From: Candidatus Eiseniibacteriota bacterium
GTDB taxonomy: Bacteria > Eisenbacteria > RBG-16-71-46
Direction: 5' to 3'
Assembly (NCBI GenBank): GCA_031364845.1
Contig: JANLWX010000018.1
Span: forward strand, 1 to 64,000
DNA length: 64,000 nucleotides
Shown one piece after another: positions 1 to 9,999 of this stretch (position 1 is the first letter of the stretch; each line of letters begins with the position of its first letter). The notes beneath the pieces are model-generated. The model saw nothing but the letters and a program-made list of their open reading frames with translations. It was not told where the DNA came from and ran no database searches. Both the position numbers and the translations under genes were made by a program.

Positions 1-506
1 GCCGACCAGCCCTGGGCATCGCGCTTCGCGTGCGCTTGCCACACGCCGTCCCACGAATCGTCGTTCCAGTCGTCGTTCTGGAGCGTGCCGTCGATCATGG
101 TCCCCGCAGCATTGACCTGAAAGTAATAGCCGCTGCGTTGATCGTGATAGGGGTCGAGATAGACCGTGAAGCGGTCTCCGGGCACCGAGACGTCGCGGCG
201 CGAGAGGGGTGCGAGGATCGAGTCGGGAGCGGTGTCGAACATGCGGGCACCCACGTAGAGCGCGTCGTCGTCGTACACGACGCGAACCTCGGTGCGCTGG
301 CTCGGAGTGCCGCCCTCGACCGGATCGCGCTGCGAGAATCGGGAGATGACTTCGGCCGACTGCCACGCGGATTCCGCGAGCGAACCATCGACCACGATCG
401 CGCCCGCGATACGCGTCGCGCGGATCTCGATCGGAGGCGTGGATGGAGCGGCGGAGTCGGCGGGTGCGGTGGCGAACAGAGCAAGGGACAGCGTTGCCAG
501 GAACAT
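1..506 (-). CDS. CBM9/DUF5916-like secreted or outer-membrane protein, N-terminal part (runs off the window start)
   Basis: Manual translation from ATG 506 (GGAGG upstream): signal-like MFLATLSLALFATAPA, then VDGSLAESAWQ...TEVRVVYDDDALYVGARMFD...DRFTVYLDPYHDQRSGYYFQVNAAG...SWDGVW, typical of CBM9/DUF5916 N-termini. Not in the ORF track. Confidence 0.8.
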   Translation of the reverse strand, partial: MFLATLSLALFATAPADSAAPSTPPIEIRATRIAGAIVVDGSLAESAWQSAEVISRFSQRDPVEGGTPSQRTEVRVVYDDDALYVGARMFDTAPDSILAPLSRRDVSVPGDRFTVYLDPYHDQRSGYYFQVNAAGTMIDGTLQNDDWNDDSWDGVWQAHAKRDAQGWS

Positions 507-715
507 GAGGGCGAAGTCCTCCGAACCTAAGGTCTGCGAGTGCGGGTGTTGAGACCGGGTTACGCGCGGAAAGGTTGGGAGGTTTCTGGACAGCGGATGC
601 GCGCGACCAGCGGGGGAGTTCGTGGGATCGACCGCGGACGCGGCGCGAACGCACGTCCGTCGCGGTCAGCTGCTGAAAGCGACGAGCCGGGAGTGAATTC
701 CGGGATCGCGCCGGG

Positions 716-1570
716 TCAGCGACGCGCGGATCGATCCGTCGCCGGGGCCCGGAACACAACGTTCGTCGTCTCCCGGATCTCGCCGGCAGAGATCGGCCGA
801 CCGTCGACGCGAGTCGCAACGTAACCGTAGCCGGCCATCATCAGGAACAACTCGGCGACCGTGCGCCCGAGCAGCGGATACGCCTCGGGGGCGACCTCGC
901 ACAGGACGATCGGACGCCCGCCCCGATCGAGAAGCCCGCTCAGCCCCTCGAGCACCGGCAGCTCGAAGCCCTCGGCATCGAGCTTCACGAGCGCCACCCG
1001 CTCGACCCCGGCAGCGTCGAGATACGCATCGAGCCTCCGCACGCGAACCGTGTGCGTCGCGCGCGCGGCATCGGCCTCCATGAAGCCCGGCACCATCGTG
1101 TTCCATCCGATGTTCCGGTCGCGCGTGACGCGGATGTTCGCCGTGCCCTCCGCGGCTCCGAGCGCATCGTTGATCGCGTGGATGTGATGCCCGGGGTTCG
1201 CATCGCGCAGCGCCGTGAGGCGCGCGTGATATTCGGGAACCGGCTCGAAAGCATGGAGCGCGCCCGAGGGACCGACGCGTGACGCCATGACCGCGGTGAA
1301 GTAACCGATGTTCGCACCCGCGTCCACGCACACGTCTCCCGGGCGCAGAACGCGCCGCAAGAACGCGACCTCTTCAGGCTCGTAGGCGCTGAAGTACATG
1401 TCGCGCACGCGCGGGTCGAGCGCGAGATCGCATTCGAAGCGCACGTCGCCGAGGCGCAACGTGCGGCTCCCGGCGGGAACTCCGAGCGCTCCGGAGACGC
1501 GGGCGAGCGACTTGCGCACGAACGTGGCGGGATCGGCGGCGAGCAATGCCGCGGCACGGAGCGGATTCAC
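716..1570 (-). CDS. FkbM family methyltransferase
   Basis: VDAGANIGYF, AFEP and VKLDAEGFE motifs; GTG start overlaps the kinase stop (GTGA). Confidence 0.88.
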   Translation of the reverse strand: MNPLRAAALLAADPATFVRKSLARVSGALGVPAGSRTLRLGDVRFECDLALDPRVRDMYFSAYEPEEVAFLRRVLRPGDVCVDAGANIGYFTAVMASRVGPSGALHAFEPVPEYHARLTALRDANPGHHIHAINDALGAAEGTANIRVTRDRNIGWNTMVPGFMEADAARATHTVRVRRLDAYLDAAGVERVALVKLDAEGFELPVLEGLSGLLDRGGRPIVLCEVAPEAYPLLGRTVAELFLMMAGYGYVATRVDGRPISAGEIRETTNVVFRAPATDRSARR

Positions 1571-3780
1571 GTGGATTCCGGCGCGCGGCCGAACATGCGG
1601 ATGAACTCGGGATGGTCGTGCAGGTTCTGGAGGTCGGGGTCGTGCCGCGGCCAGTCGGCGACGAAACCCGGCACGTTGCGCGTCGCCTCCTTGAGCTGCG
1701 CGATCGCGTCGTCGCTCCGTCCCACGCGCGCGTAGACGCAGGCTAGGTTGTAGTGCAGGCGGCCGTCGCCCGGCGAGATCTCCACGGCGCGCTCGGCCTG
1801 GGCGATGCCCTCGGCAGGATCGCCGTGCTGGGCGAGCAGCGTGCCCAGAATCGCGCGGGCGTGCACGTGCTCCGGGTGGCGGCGCAGGATGTCGACACAG
1901 CTCTCGCGCGCCAGATCGTAGGCGCGTTTTGCGTCGTCCGCGCGTCCGAGCAATTCGTAGCAGGCGCCGAGGAACGCCGCACCCATGTAGCGGTCCGGGT
2001 GGATGGTGCTGAGGCGCTCGAGAATCGGCAGCGCCTTTTCGGGCTGTCCGATTCCCAGATAGCTCCAGCCCGACCATTCGAGCGCTTCACCGTGATTCGG
2101 ATCGAGCGCCAGGATCCTGTCGATCGCCGTGAGCAGGGGGTCGTACTCGCCCCGCATCCGGTAGATCATCGCGCGAGCCAAATGGCCCTCGAGCAGGTCG
2201 GGCTCGAGAGCGAGCGCCCGTTCGACATGCGGCAGCGCGCGGTCCGCGAGTTCGATACCGCCCCACCACGCGAGCGCCCGGCGCATGTAGGTCTCGGCGA
2301 GTGCGGCGTGTGCGAGCGCGAACGATTCATCGCGCGCGAGCGCCCTCTTCAGCAACTCCTCCGCGAGGAAATTGTTTTCGCGGCCCTGCGTGTCGAGCAT
2401 CTGCCGGGCGCGCAGATATTCTTCGTACGCCTCGCGGCTGCGGGTCGGAACGCGATCGAGCATCGCGCGCTCGTCCGGCCGCAGCGCGAGCTGCAGAACA
2501 TCGACGATGCGTTTGGACACTTCGGCCTGCACTTCGAACAGATCGTCGAGATCGCGGTCGAAGCGCTCGGCGCCCAGAACGTGCCCGTCGCTCGCGCGGA
2601 CCATCTGCACGCTGATGCGCGCCCGCGTGCCCGCCCGCCGCACGCTGCCGTGGACCACATACTGCGCGCCCAGCTCGCGTCCGAGCGTGCGTGGCGGCAC
2701 CGGGCGATCGCGATACGGCATGACCTCGGCGCGTCCCGCCACGTGCACGCCGTCGACGCGCGTGAGATCCACGATCAGATCCTCGGTGAGCCCGGCCGCG
2801 AAGAACGCATCCTGCGGGTCGCCGCTCATCACGTCGAAATACAGCACCGCGATGCGCGGAATCGAAAGCCGGGGTGCCGCGATCGCGAGCGTGTCGTCCT
2901 CGAGCAGTTGGCGCCCGGGACCGCTTGGGCGGGAACCTTCCGGCACCGTGCACTGCTCGCAGGTCGCGAGATCGGCGATCACATCTTCGGCGCGCGCATA
3001 GCGGTGCGCCGGATCCTTGCGCAGCAGTTTCATCACGATGTAATCGAGATCGTGCCCGATCTCGGCGCGCACACGACTCGGCGGTTCGGGCATGTGATCG
3101 AGCACGGCGCGCAGCACCTCCGCCACCGTCGATCCTTCGAACGGGCGCCGCCCGGTCAGCGAGTGATGGAGCACCACACCCAGCGCCCACAGGTCGCAGC
3201 GGTTGTCGAGCGGCCGGCCGAGCACCTGCTCGGGGCTCATCGCCGAAGGCGTGCCGAGCGACACTCCGGCGTTCGTGAGATGCGGCGTGCCCTTGATGCT
3301 CGCGATGCCGAAGTCGAGGATCTTGGGGCCGCGCGGGGTGAGCATGATGTTCGATGGTTTGAGATCGCGGTGCACGATCCCGAGCGCATGCACCTCGGCG
3401 AGCGCATCCGCGATGTCGCGCGCGATGTCGACCGCCTCGCCGATCGCGAGCGGCCCGCGCGAAAGCCGCGCCTCCAGCGTTTCACCCTCGACGCGCTGCA
3501 TCACGATGTAGGGCCTGCCCTCGACCACTCCCGAGGCGTAGACCGTCACCACGCCCGGATGATCGACGGTCGCCGCGGCCTGCGCTTCGCGCAACAGGCG
3601 GTCGCAGGCCTCACGGTCCTCGGCGAGATGCCGCGGCAGCAGCTTGATCGCGACCTTGCGCGGAAGCTGCGTGTCCTCGGCGAGCCACACCTCGCCCATC
3701 GCTCCCTGGCCGATGCGTTCGACGAGCCGGTAGTGCGAGATCGAATCGTGAAGCCTGGGATCCGTCGTCATCGCGGACAA
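1567..3780 (-). CDS. Hanks-type Ser/Thr protein kinase with TolB-like domain and TPR repeats
   Basis: GQGAMGEV, VAIK, HRDLKPSN, DFG, SPEQ; IAVLYF...GLTEDLI TolB-like segment; C-terminal TPRs (YNLACVYA). Confidence 0.92.
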   Translation of the reverse strand: MSAMTTDPRLHDSISHYRLVERIGQGAMGEVWLAEDTQLPRKVAIKLLPRHLAEDREACDRLLREAQAAATVDHPGVVTVYASGVVEGRPYIVMQRVEGETLEARLSRGPLAIGEAVDIARDIADALAEVHALGIVHRDLKPSNIMLTPRGPKILDFGIASIKGTPHLTNAGVSLGTPSAMSPEQVLGRPLDNRCDLWALGVVLHHSLTGRRPFEGSTVAEVLRAVLDHMPEPPSRVRAEIGHDLDYIVMKLLRKDPAHRYARAEDVIADLATCEQCTVPEGSRPSGPGRQLLEDDTLAIAAPRLSIPRIAVLYFDVMSGDPQDAFFAAGLTEDLIVDLTRVDGVHVAGRAEVMPYRDRPVPPRTLGRELGAQYVVHGSVRRAGTRARISVQMVRASDGHVLGAERFDRDLDDLFEVQAEVSKRIVDVLQLALRPDERAMLDRVPTRSREAYEEYLRARQMLDTQGRENNFLAEELLKRALARDESFALAHAALAETYMRRALAWWGGIELADRALPHVERALALEPDLLEGHLARAMIYRMRGEYDPLLTAIDRILALDPNHGEALEWSGWSYLGIGQPEKALPILERLSTIHPDRYMGAAFLGACYELLGRADDAKRAYDLARESCVDILRRHPEHVHARAILGTLLAQHGDPAEGIAQAERAVEISPGDGRLHYNLACVYARVGRSDDAIAQLKEATRNVPGFVADWPRHDPDLQNLHDHPEFIRMFGRAPEST

Positions 3781-3783
3781 CTC

Positions 3784-4704
3784 CTATCGCGCCGATGCGG
3801 CCGCGACCATCGCGACCGCGAGGTCCGCGGCGACCGCCGCGTTGTTCACGAGCAGCGCGCGATTGGTGGCCACGCTCGAACCCTCCGTGAGCGCGCGCAT
3901 GCGGTCGAGCAGGAACGGCGTCACCGCGCGGCCGCTCACGCCGGCTTCGGACGCATCGCGCAGCGCGGCCGCGAGTGCGGTCTCGTACAACTCGCGCGGC
4001 AACTCGTGCTCGGTGGGGATTGGGTTTCCGACCACGACCCCGGTGCCGAATCCGAGCGCGAAGTGGGCGCGCACCGCCTCGGCCAGCGCTTCGATCGCAT
4101 CGAAGGCACGGTCGACGGGCAGTCCGCTCGAACGCCGATAGAACGCGGGGAACTCGGACGTGCCGAAACCCAAAACCGGCACGCCGAGCGTCTCGAGCAT
4201 CTCGACCGTGCGCGGCAGATCGAGGATCGCCTTCGCTCCCGCGCACACCACGGCGACCGGATAGCGCGAGAATGCGGTCAGGTCGGCCGAGACGTCGCCC
4301 GAAGTTCCGCGGTGCACGCCGCCGATGCCGCCGGTTGCGAACACCGAGATCCCCACGCGCGAGGCCGCGAACATCGTCGCCGCGACGGTCGTCGAGCCCG
4401 ATGATCCGCCCACCAGTTCTGCGGCGAAGTTGCTGAGATTGAGCTTCGCCACTCCGCGACGCGCGCCCATCTGCTCGAGTTCTTCGGCGGTCATTCCGAC
4501 CCGCACGGCGCCGTCGACCACGCCGATCGTCGCCGGCACCGCTCCCCGCTCCAGGATCGCCGCCTCGAGTTCGAGCGCTACGCGCACGCCATCCGGCTGC
4601 GGAAGTCCGTGCGTGACGAGCGTGGTCTCGAGTGCCACGACCGGCCGGCGCTCGGCGAGCGCCCGGGCCACGGTGTCGGAGACGAGAAAGCGGGGGGTGG
4701 ACAC
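3784..4704 (-). CDS. psuG: pseudouridine-5'-phosphate glycosidase
   Basis: VALETTLVTHG, TTVAATM, FATGGIGGVHRG, DVSADL, GAKAILD and VTPFLL motifs. Confidence 0.95.
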   Translation of the reverse strand: MSTPRFLVSDTVARALAERRPVVALETTLVTHGLPQPDGVRVALELEAAILERGAVPATIGVVDGAVRVGMTAEELEQMGARRGVAKLNLSNFAAELVGGSSGSTTVAATMFAASRVGISVFATGGIGGVHRGTSGDVSADLTAFSRYPVAVVCAGAKAILDLPRTVEMLETLGVPVLGFGTSEFPAFYRRSSGLPVDRAFDAIEALAEAVRAHFALGFGTGVVVGNPIPTEHELPRELYETALAAALRDASEAGVSGRAVTPFLLDRMRALTEGSSVATNRALLVNNAAVAADLAVAMVAAASAR

Positions 4705-4778
4705 GATCGGAAAGTCCTTAGGCGTTGAGGGAAGGAACCGGCATCGCGCGCGCGCGCGTCATCTGCGACACTGCGGGC

Positions 4779-5522
4779 ATGGACGGCACAAGGTATTCCA
4801 CGATCGCACATCACCACCACCTGTTTTGCAGCCCGCTCTCGCCGGCGACGGTCGACACCATGATCCGGCGCATGGAACTGCCGCGCCATGCGCGGATTCT
4901 CGACGTGGGCTGCGGCAAGGCCGAGATGCTGATCCGCGCAATCGAGCAGTGCGCGGGAACCGGCGTCGGAGTCGACATGAACGCGGCGTTCCTCGAAGCC
5001 GCGCGCGAGCGGGCCGACCGGCGCATCCCCGACGGCGCCCTGGCCCTCTACGTGTCGCGCATCGAGGACCTCACGCTCGACCTCGGAAAGTTCGACGCGG
5101 TGATGTGCGTGGGATCGACGCACGCTCTCGGCGGATACGCCGAGGCACTGGGCCGGCTCGCGGCCTTCGTGCGCCCGGGCGGGGTCGTCGTCGCCGGCGA
5201 AGGTTATTGGCGACAGAAACCGGCGCCCGGCTACCTCGCGGTGCTGAGCGGAACCGAGGACGAATTCACGACGCACGAAGGCAACGTCGCGCTCGGCGTC
5301 GCGCGCGGCCTCACGCGGCGCTTCGACTTGGAGAGCAGCGAGACCGAGTGGGACGCCTACGAAGATCTGTATGCCGAGACCCTCGAGCGATTCGCCGCCG
5401 AGCACCCCGACGACCCCGATCGCGACGCGATGATCGCGCGCATCCGTCCGTGGCGCGCGGCCTATCTGGAGTGGGGACGCGCCACGCTCGGCTTCGGCGT
5501 CTACGGTTTCGAGAAGCGCTGA
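4779..5522 (+). CDS. class I SAM-dependent methyltransferase
   Basis: ILDVGCGKAE motif I; GEGYW; C-terminal TLGFGVY. Confidence 0.85.
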   Translation: MDGTRYSTIAHHHHLFCSPLSPATVDTMIRRMELPRHARILDVGCGKAEMLIRAIEQCAGTGVGVDMNAAFLEAARERADRRIPDGALALYVSRIEDLTLDLGKFDAVMCVGSTHALGGYAEALGRLAAFVRPGGVVVAGEGYWRQKPAPGYLAVLSGTEDEFTTHEGNVALGVARGLTRRFDLESSETEWDAYEDLYAETLERFAAEHPDDPDRDAMIARIRPWRAAYLEWGRATLGFGVYGFEKR

Positions 5523-5538
5523 TCGGCGTCCGCGATCC

Positions 5539-7122
5539 TCACGGTCTTCGTCCGGTGCGCAGGATCTCCCGCACGGTATCGACCGTGTCGGCGTCCTCCG
5601 CGCGTTTGTCGGGCCGGTACGCCTTCAGGCGCGCGAGCCGCAGCGCCATGCCGCCGGGATAGCGCGGGCTTTCCTGGACATCGTTGAACGCGATCTCGAC
5701 GACGCGTTCCGGTCTCACGTGCACGATGTGGCCTTCGGTGCGCACCGCGAGGCGCTGGAATTCCTCCGTCTGCCACGCCAGCATTTCGTCGGTCATTCCT
5801 TTGAACGTCTTGCCGAGCATCACGAATTCGCCGCTCGCAGGATCGCGCGCGCCGAGATGCAGATTGCTCAGCCAGCCTTTGCGCCGCCCGCTGCCCCACT
5901 CGGCGGCGAGCACCACCAGGTCGAGCGTGTGGACGGCCTTGATCTTCAACCACGCGAAGCCGCGCCCGCCCGCTTCGTACGGCGCATCGGGTGACTTCGC
6001 CATCAAACCCTCGTGTCCGCGGCGCAGTGCCTCGTCATAGAACGCGCTCGCCTCGCCCGGATCGTTCGTGATGTATTGCGCCACGGCAAACGCAGGTGCG
6101 ATGCGGCGCAGGATCGCCCAGCGCTCGCGCGCCGGTGCGTCGATCAAATCGGTCCCGTCGTGCCGCAGCACGTCGAACAGCGTGAGTGCGAGCGGAAGTT
6201 CGTCGATCATGCGCGCGACTTCGAGCGTGCGACCGAAGCGCCGCATCGTGACCGGGAACGGATGCGGATGTCCGTCGGTGTCCATCGCCACGACTTCGCC
6301 ATCGACGATCGCTTCAGCGAGACCGAGCGAGCGCACCACGCGCGCGACATCGGGCACCGAGGCGGTGACTTCGTTGAGCTGGCGCGAATAGAAACGCACG
6401 TCATCCCCGGCAATATGGATCTGCACGCGCGCGCCGTCGAGCTTGTGCTCGAATGCCGCGGTGCCGAGACGCTCGAGCGCATCCGCGATGCCGGTCGCGG
6501 GCTGCGCGAGCATCGGCTGCACCGGGCGGAACATCGTGATGCGGAACGACTCGAGGCCCGCACGGCCTGCCGCGAGTACCGCGATCGCCACCGCCTCGAG
6601 ATCACCCGACAGCATCGCGGCGCGGCGAATCTCTCCGAGCGGCACATCGCCCGCGCGCGCGACGGCGTCCGCCATGATGCCCGCGAGCGCCCCCTGGCGG
6701 ATCTCGCCGAGCAGGAGCCGCACGAGGAAATCGCGCGACTCTTCGTCGGCCCGTACGAACAATTCGCGCAGCACGCGCTTGCGCTCGGCGGCGGCTCCCG
6801 TACCCGAGAGCGTGGTGATGCGTTCGAACGCCCGATCGACATCGGCCAACTGCAGAGCATCTGAGGCACTCGCGGCCGCGTCAGGAAGCGCGTCGAACAA
6901 CGAGGGTTCCTTCGCGGGCTGCGGTGCCAGGAGATCGCGAATGACCGAGCCACCGATCCCGATCCGCCCCTGCCGCGGATGCCCGGAAAGGAACGCGACA
7001 CCGATCGCCACTTCAGACGATTCGAGGCGGCGCAGGAGTTGGGCGAGCAGGTCGATTTTCTCGAGCCGCGAACGGGTGCCCTTGATGCGATTCGAAGTGG
7101 CGACGAGATCCGCGAGGAGCAT
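5539..7122 (-). CDS. ATP-dependent DNA ligase (LigB-like)
   Basis: Motif I EHKLDG, DGEVV, FDVL, EGLMAK, WLKIK; N-terminal DNA-binding and C-terminal OB domains. Confidence 0.93.
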   Translation of the reverse strand: MLLADLVATSNRIKGTRSRLEKIDLLAQLLRRLESSEVAIGVAFLSGHPRQGRIGIGGSVIRDLLAPQPAKEPSLFDALPDAAASASDALQLADVDRAFERITTLSGTGAAAERKRVLRELFVRADEESRDFLVRLLLGEIRQGALAGIMADAVARAGDVPLGEIRRAAMLSGDLEAVAIAVLAAGRAGLESFRITMFRPVQPMLAQPATGIADALERLGTAAFEHKLDGARVQIHIAGDDVRFYSRQLNEVTASVPDVARVVRSLGLAEAIVDGEVVAMDTDGHPHPFPVTMRRFGRTLEVARMIDELPLALTLFDVLRHDGTDLIDAPARERWAILRRIAPAFAVAQYITNDPGEASAFYDEALRRGHEGLMAKSPDAPYEAGGRGFAWLKIKAVHTLDLVVLAAEWGSGRRKGWLSNLHLGARDPASGEFVMLGKTFKGMTDEMLAWQTEEFQRLAVRTEGHIVHVRPERVVEIAFNDVQESPRYPGGMALRLARLKAYRPDKRAEDADTVDTVREILRTGRRP

Positions 7123-7171
7123 CGAATAACGTTACGCGCGTCGGGGTTTCGTCACCAGCGTGCTGCGCGCT

Positions 7172-7435
7172 TCAAGGAGTCAGGCTGCTCCTGGACCAGA
7201 CCCAGTCCTCCGATTCCGCCTTGCCGCGCAACGTGCCTTCGATCCGGGCGTGCAGCCGTCCGTCCTCGCCGAGCCAGTACAGGATCCGCTGCGGGAAGTC
7301 GTGCTTCGCGTTCTCGAACACGACGCGTTTCGACGTCATCTCCTTGACCCCGAAGCGCAGCGCAGGACGCCCGCGCGGGCTCGTCATGTACGCGATGCCG
7401 AGCGTGTTGGAGATGATGCGGAAGAAGGACGATCG
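7172..7435 (-). pseudogene. C-terminal remnant of a DUF6265-like protein
   Basis: FFRII...AYMTSPRGRP..F.....VVFENAKHDFPQRILY...LHARIEG resembles the C-terminal half of DUF6265. The signal peptide and N-half are absent, replaced by the upstream gene's 3' end. Confidence 0.65.
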
Positions 7436-8466
7436 ACGAGACGGTGCCAGCGTGGAGTGAGCGCCCCGAGCAAGCCGCCGATTGTCGCGCCGGTCGCGGC
7501 GCCGACCAGCGCGCCCACGGCGAAAGCTTTTCCGCTCTCCCGGCGATCCACGCGGCCCGTGCGCCAATAGTCGTCAGTCCTCACCCCTTCAAAGAGCGCG
7601 GCCAACGATCCGAAGAGCGTCCCCGCCACGATCGCGCCCGCCGCGGCGCCGCGGCGCAAACTCGAGCCCCGCCGCTCGATCCGGTTGATCTCGACCCACT
7701 CGATGGGACCGGAGGGAGGTGGCAGGTCGGAGTCGAGCTCGGGGACCCGGTCGAGATGCACACGACCATCCGGCGCGATGTTCAAGACGCGCCCGGTGAA
7801 TTCTCCAAACGAACCCCGCACGCGCACGACTTGGCGTGACGAAAGCCGCGTGGACGTTTCGTCGAGATCAACGACGAGCGGCTGCGACATGCTCCCAGCT
7901 TGATGGTTCGCGTCTTCTGAAGGACCCGCGAGATACACGGGGCGCCGGAGCTTCGATCGCGCTCCGATCCAGCCGCCGGTACTCGCACCCGCTGCGGTTC
8001 CGAGGAACGCACCGAACTCGTCGTACCTGCGTTCGCCACCGCCAATGGAGCTGACGAGGTGTCCGAGTGCAGCTCCGGTGAAACCTCCCGCGAGGCCACC
8101 CAACATGATGCCGAACGTACGGCCGCGCCGATGCCTGAGCTCGATCCGGTCGATGCGCACGATCGACGCCCATGGAATCGATGCCGGAAGAAATTCGGAA
8201 GACGATTCGAACGGCGCCACTTCGCGAAGCCCTTCATCCCCGATCACACCGACGCTCACATGCATTTCGGTCGAGGATGTCGTCACGAGCAGATGGTACC
8301 GGGGATCGTGCTCGCGTCGCAGCAGCTCCAGCATTCGGGGAGGAGGAGCCGAAAAGTCGTCCGCCCCCGCGGGCGACAACGAGCCGAAGGCGCTGATCGA
8401 ACATCCGGCGATTACGATCAGTTGCGCGACGACTCGAACGTATCGACGGGACAACGAGCCTCTCAC
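7384..8466 (-). CDS. secreted/membrane protein with two tandem glycine-zipper-like modules
   Basis: GTG 8466 with GGAG upstream (start uncertain); signal-like N-terminus; two repeats of I.W..I.RI.R + Gly/Ala-rich hydrophobic hairpin. Confidence 0.65.
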   Translation of the reverse strand: MRGSLSRRYVRVVAQLIVIAGCSISAFGSLSPAGADDFSAPPPRMLELLRREHDPRYHLLVTTSSTEMHVSVGVIGDEGLREVAPFESSSEFLPASIPWASIVRIDRIELRHRRGRTFGIMLGGLAGGFTGAALGHLVSSIGGGERRYDEFGAFLGTAAGASTGGWIGARSKLRRPVYLAGPSEDANHQAGSMSQPLVVDLDETSTRLSSRQVVRVRGSFGEFTGRVLNIAPDGRVHLDRVPELDSDLPPPSGPIEWVEINRIERRGSSLRRGAAAGAIVAGTLFGSLAALFEGVRTDDYWRTGRVDRRESGKAFAVGALVGAATGATIGGLLGALTPRWHRLVDRPSSASSPTRSASRT

Positions 8467-8693
8467 CTGCGTCTCCAACGCGCGATGTGCTCCGCGCTCC
8501 GGTTGGGATGTCTTATCACGCGTCCCGGCCGCTTCGACCGTGGTCGTTCGAGGCGCAACTGCCCATGCCAGGCGAACGGCGCGCATCACGCAGGCGCCGG
8601 GCGGGTCTCCGCGGCCACCGTCCGCTCACGATAGTCCCCGGCATTGGAATTTGAAAAGACCGGAGTTCCCTGGGCGACGGTGCCCGATACGCG

Positions 8694-8734
8694 AAAGCCC
8701 CGGCTCCGGAGACATCCCGGGACCGGGGCTTCTT
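8694..8734 (-). terminator. intrinsic terminator of the DUF4331 pair (possibly bidirectional)
   Basis: AAGCCCCGG...CCGGGGCTT stem with short A/T tracts on both sides, just after the 8749 stop. Confidence 0.55.
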
Positions 8735-8748
8735 GCGATGCTGCGGAA

Positions 8749-9270
8749 CTACTGCCGTTGGGCGACCGGCAACGCGTTCGGAACGCCCAGATACGGGAAC
8801 GTGCCCAGGTTGTTGTTGTCTTCAGAAACCCCGTCACCCACCGTGCGGTTGAGCACCAGGCTCAGCACACCGTCGATGACGTCGTCGTTCAGATCGCGGC
8901 CGTTCGGAAACGCGACCGGCTGCGAGAAGTCGATCGTCACCACGTCGGGGACGATGATATTGGCGAGCTGATCGGGCGTGAGGCTTCCCGTTTCAGGTCC
9001 GATTCCGCGCGTCGCAACATTCGCCCGCAGGCCGGTGATCGAGGCGACGACGAAGGCGCGATAGTTCGCCACGTCTCCGGTCGGGCTCGCGCGGTTGAAG
9101 GCTTCCTTGTTCGCCGCGGGAATGAGTGCGGTGTTGAAGGCCGGGATCGCCATGCGATCCACCTGTGTGTAGCTGCTCGTCGTACCGGTGACCTTGTTGT
9201 CTTCCGAGCAACCGCCGAGGGCGAGTGCCCCTAGCGCCGCCAGTACCAGATATCGAGATTTGAGCTTCAC
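8749..9270 (-). CDS. DUF4331-family lipoprotein (C-terminal-type half)
   Basis: Lipobox LGGC; YTQVDRMAIPAFNTAL, FPNGRDLNDDVID, FPYL motifs. Confidence 0.8.
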   Translation of the reverse strand: MKLKSRYLVLAALGALALGGCSEDNKVTGTTSSYTQVDRMAIPAFNTALIPAANKEAFNRASPTGDVANYRAFVVASITGLRANVATRGIGPETGSLTPDQLANIIVPDVVTIDFSQPVAFPNGRDLNDDVIDGVLSLVLNRTVGDGVSEDNNNLGTFPYLGVPNALPVAQRQ

Positions 9271-9327
9271 GGTATTCCTTTCAAAGTCGGGTGGCGCAGC
9301 CGCGCCTTCCCGAGAGATTCGTAAGTG

Positions 9328-9999
9328 TCAGTTGACCGAGGTCGCGCCCCAGGCGCGAATGGTTCCGGTGTTCGCGTTCGCCTGGCCGGTGAGGGCCGTG
9401 ATCGGCAGTTCGATGACGATGGCGCCGGCGTTGAGGCCCGCGAATGCATTGCGCGGCACTCCACCGGTCGCGCTGCGCAGGCCGGCGGCGGGCGTGTAGG
9501 TGCCGGCCAGGAACTCACGGAAGCCCGCGAGGTCGAAGAAGAACGGATCGTCACGCGGGCCGGCGAACACCTTGATCGCTCCGCTCGTGGTGATCGCGGG
9601 GCTCGCGGCGTTGCTGAAGCCGCTCGTCACGCCGGTGATCGGCGTCGAGGACAGGCCTTCGACTTTGAATGTCTGCGGCGCGGTGCCCGAGAACGTCACG
9701 GTCACCGTCGCGTTGGCGGCGAGGATGTTGTCGTTCGTGTTGTCGACGAAGAACTGATAGCGCGCGCGCGGGTTGAAGAGGTCGGTTCCGGTGCCGGAGA
9801 CCGTGAGATTCTGGACGGTCATCGCGATCACCAGATTATCGGCACGGCGGAACGCGTAGACGTCGGCGATGTCGGTCGCGGGGTCGCGTTCGACCGCCGG
9901 TGAATCCTTGTGATCCGCGGCATAGAGTCGCGGAATCATGGTCGATGCGGCCGACGCGAACAGCGCCACGCCGATCGCGAGCACATAGAGCTTCTTCAT
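9328..9999 (-). CDS. DUF4331-family secreted protein (N-terminal-type half)
   Basis: ATG 9999 with GGAGG; signal peptide; AADHKDSP, DIADVYAF, VFAGPRDDPFFFD, NAFAGLN. Confidence 0.85.
   Translation of the reverse strand: MKKLYVLAIGVALFASAASTMIPRLYAADHKDSPAVERDPATDIADVYAFRRADNLVIAMTVQNLTVSGTGTDLFNPRARYQFFVDNTNDNILAANATVTVTFSGTAPQTFKVEGLSSTPITGVTSGFSNAASPAITTSGAIKVFAGPRDDPFFFDLAGFREFLAGTYTPAAGLRSATGGVPRNAFAGLNAGAIVIELPITALTGQANANTGTIRAWGATSVN

Noticed and set aside
1753..4404. Long + strand ORF (883 aa) and similar long antisense or alternative-frame ORFs throughout the window
   Set aside because: Shadow ORFs of well-supported genes in high-GC DNA; no recognisable motifs.
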